Positions 62,080 to 64,000 of a stretch of DNA of 64,000 bases are shown in pieces. The notes beneath the pieces are model-generated. The model was given only the letters and a program-made list of their open reading frames with translations, was not told where the DNA came from and made no database searches. Source of the DNA: Methylobacter sp. (GTDB lineage: Bacteria > Pseudomonadota > Gammaproteobacteria > Methylococcales > Methylomonadaceae); contig JAURVK010000068.1 in NCBI GenBank assembly GCA_030655535.1, positions 7,316 to 71,315 on the forward strand, written 5' to 3'. Position 1 is the stretch's first letter. Every line of letters begins with the position of its first letter. The translations under genes and the position numbers were made by a program.

Positions 62080-63003
62080 ATGACGATGGACGATAGAGAC
62101 GGCGTTATTTGGCTGGATGGAAAGTGGGTTGAGTGGCGCGAAGCTAAAGTCCATGTATTGACGCATACCTTGCACTATGGTCTTGGGGTATTTGAAGGCA
62201 TAAGAGCGTATCACGCGGATAAAGGCACGGCGATTTTTAGGATGCAGGAACATACGGATCGCCTGTTTCGTTCCGCGCACATCATGAATATGAAAATGCC
62301 GTACGGTAAAGACGAGCTGAACCAGGTTCAGCTCGATGCGGTGGCTAAAAATAATCTGGATAGCGCCTATATTCGCAGCATGTGTTTTTTAGGGTCTGAA
62401 GGCATGGGGCTAAGAGCCGATAACCTGAAAGTTCATGTTATGGTTGCAGCTTGGTCATGGGGCGCTTATTTGGGTGCGGACAGCATAGAGCACGGCATTC
62501 GCATCCGTACCTCGTCTTATACCCGCAACCATCACAACAGCACCCTATGCAAAGCCAAAGCCAACGGCAATTACATCAACTCCATTCTGGCGCTACAGGA
62601 AGCCTTGTCCAATGGTTACGATGAAGCGTTGATGCTGGATCATGAAGGCTTTGCCGCAGAAGGCAGCGCCGAAAACCTGTTTATCGTGCGCAACGGCAAA
62701 ATTTACACGCCGGAAACCACTTCCGCATTGGAAGGCATCACCCGCGATACGGTCATGACGATTGCCAGAGAACAAGGCTATGAAGTGATTGAAAAACGTA
62801 TTACCCGCGATGAGATTTACATTGCCGATGAAGCGTTCTTTACCGGTTCTGCGGCTGAAGTGACGCCGATCAGGGAGTTGGATAATCGCGCCATAGGTTC
62901 CGGCAGTCGTGGACCGATCACCGAGCAGTTACAGTCGCTGTATTTCGATTATGTGTATGGACGCCGGGACGATCATGCCGACTGGTTGACTTACGTTGCT
63001 TAA
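62080..63003 (+). CDS. ilvE: Branched-chain amino acid aminotransferase
   Basis: LHYGLGVFEGIRAY, KANGNY, EGSAENLF and LEGITR motifs. Confidence 0.96.
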   Translation: MTMDDRDGVIWLDGKWVEWREAKVHVLTHTLHYGLGVFEGIRAYHADKGTAIFRMQEHTDRLFRSAHIMNMKMPYGKDELNQVQLDAVAKNNLDSAYIRSMCFLGSEGMGLRADNLKVHVMVAAWSWGAYLGADSIEHGIRIRTSSYTRNHHNSTLCKAKANGNYINSILALQEALSNGYDEALMLDHEGFAAEGSAENLFIVRNGKIYTPETTSALEGITRDTVMTIAREQGYEVIEKRITRDEIYIADEAFFTGSAAEVTPIRELDNRAIGSGSRGPITEQLQSLYFDYVYGRRDDHADWLTYVA

Positions 63004-63052
63004 GGATTTGAAAGAGCCACCTATCCTTTAATGTATCGACATCTAAACAACA

Positions 63053-63270
63053 CGTCATCCCGGCAGGGAATGCCGGGATCCAGTAGCCAGGGATGGCAAC
63101 CTCAGATCCCGCTAACCGTTTTTAGCTACATGAAACCCTATTGGTTTGTTTCTCGCATCCTTGTGTTCTGGATTCATGCGGAACATCCCTGTCCCGCACC
63201 CTGTCGGGTGGCTACGCCATGCAAATTGGTGATCCTGCCGATTTGTCCGGCAATCTCTGCCGGAATGACG
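63053..63270. repeat. GTCATCCCGGC-type palindromic repeat pair with a 72-nt insertion in the right arm
   Basis: CGTCATCCCGGCAGGGAATGCCGGGATCCAG ... CTGGAT[63174-63245]TCCGGCAATCTCTGCCGGAATGACG. Confidence 0.75.
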
Positions 63271-63275
63271 GCGAA

Positions 63276-64000
63276 ATGACTAGCGTAGATGCAAATGCCC
63301 CCAACGGCACAAAAAAAATCTTAGTCGTCGGCCCCTCCTGGGTCGGCGATATGGTCATGGCGCAAAGCCTGTTTATAGCGCTGAAACACAGCCATCCGGA
63401 TTGCCGGATAGACGTGCTGGCTCCGTCATGGACATTATCCTTGCTGGAAAGAATGCCCGAAGTGAGCGAGGCCATTGCCATGCCTTTGCCGCGCGGCAAG
63501 TTTGCTTTGATGGATAGAATCAAACTGGGTCTGAGTCTGCGCTCTGAAGGCTACGATCAGGCCATCCTGCTGCCCAATTCATGGAAATCCGCAATCCCGC
63601 CGTTTTTTGCCAATATTCCGGTTCGTACCGGTTACATCGGCGAATGCCGCTGGGGTCTGCTTAACGATGCCAGAAAGCTGGATAAAAACCTGCTGATCAT
63701 GACTGTGCAGCGGTTTGTCGCATTGGGCTTGCCCGCTGACGCGTCTATGCCGCCGGTGTGCCCAAAGCCTGCGTTAACGATCAGCAAAGACCGGCAACAG
63801 GCGGTCATCGATAAATTCAAGTTAACGCCAGTCGCGGCGGCGGCATACACACCAAAAATCCTGGCCTTATGTCCCGGTGCCGAATACGGCCCGGCAAAGC
63901 GCTGGCCGACCGAGTATTACGCCGAAGTCGCCCGGCATAAAATCGACCAGGGCTGGCAGGTCTGGCTGTTCGGTTCCGACAAGGATAAAGCCGATGCGGC
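63276..64000 (+). CDS. waaF: Lipopolysaccharide heptosyltransferase II (partial, runs off the window)
   Basis: Manual translation KKILVVGPSWVGDMVMAQS...LPNSWKSA...LCPGAEYGPAKRWP. Confidence 0.93.
   Translation, partial: MTSVDANAPNGTKKILVVGPSWVGDMVMAQSLFIALKHSHPDCRIDVLAPSWTLSLLERMPEVSEAIAMPLPRGKFALMDRIKLGLSLRSEGYDQAILLPNSWKSAIPPFFANIPVRTGYIGECRWGLLNDARKLDKNLLIMTVQRFVALGLPADASMPPVCPKPALTISKDRQQAVIDKFKLTPVAAAAYTPKILALCPGAEYGPAKRWPTEYYAEVARHKIDQGWQVWLFGSDKDKADA

Overview
This window covers the replication-origin region of a gammaproteobacterial chromosome. Gene content and style suggest a Methylobacter-like methylococcal methanotroph (inference). The backbone includes trpC/trpD, mpl, apaGH, folA, ppa, thyA, lgt, gyrB-recF-dnaN-dnaA, rpmH-rnpA-yidD-yidC-mnmE, a MoxR/Bat operon, nudE, yrfG, rhlB, trxA, rho, mutY, asmA, nth, glnE, ilvE and waaF. 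There are five main non-obvious signals. (1) An 8.8-kb element (12515-21314) has Tn7-like ends (TGT...ACA plus arrays of a 19-bp repeat), sits 3 bp after the gyrB stop codon, carries a type I R-M system and has no recognisable transposase. (2) Inside it, a GxxExxY gene is embedded in a family of 8-bp-periodic palindromes. Two of these are 81-nt in-frame hairpins within hsdS that bracket the first specificity domain, and both junctions of the GxxExxY region carry short duplications. (3) A family of 45-49-nt two-hairpin mini-elements nests up to four levels deep and inserts in frame into glnE. (4) A Cys/Met-rich RiPP precursor lies with DUF692/DUF2063 (MNIO) genes and is a candidate copper-binding system. 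(5) Two separate DnaA-box clusters and two parS sites are present. All calls come from reading the sequence by eye; no searches were run.
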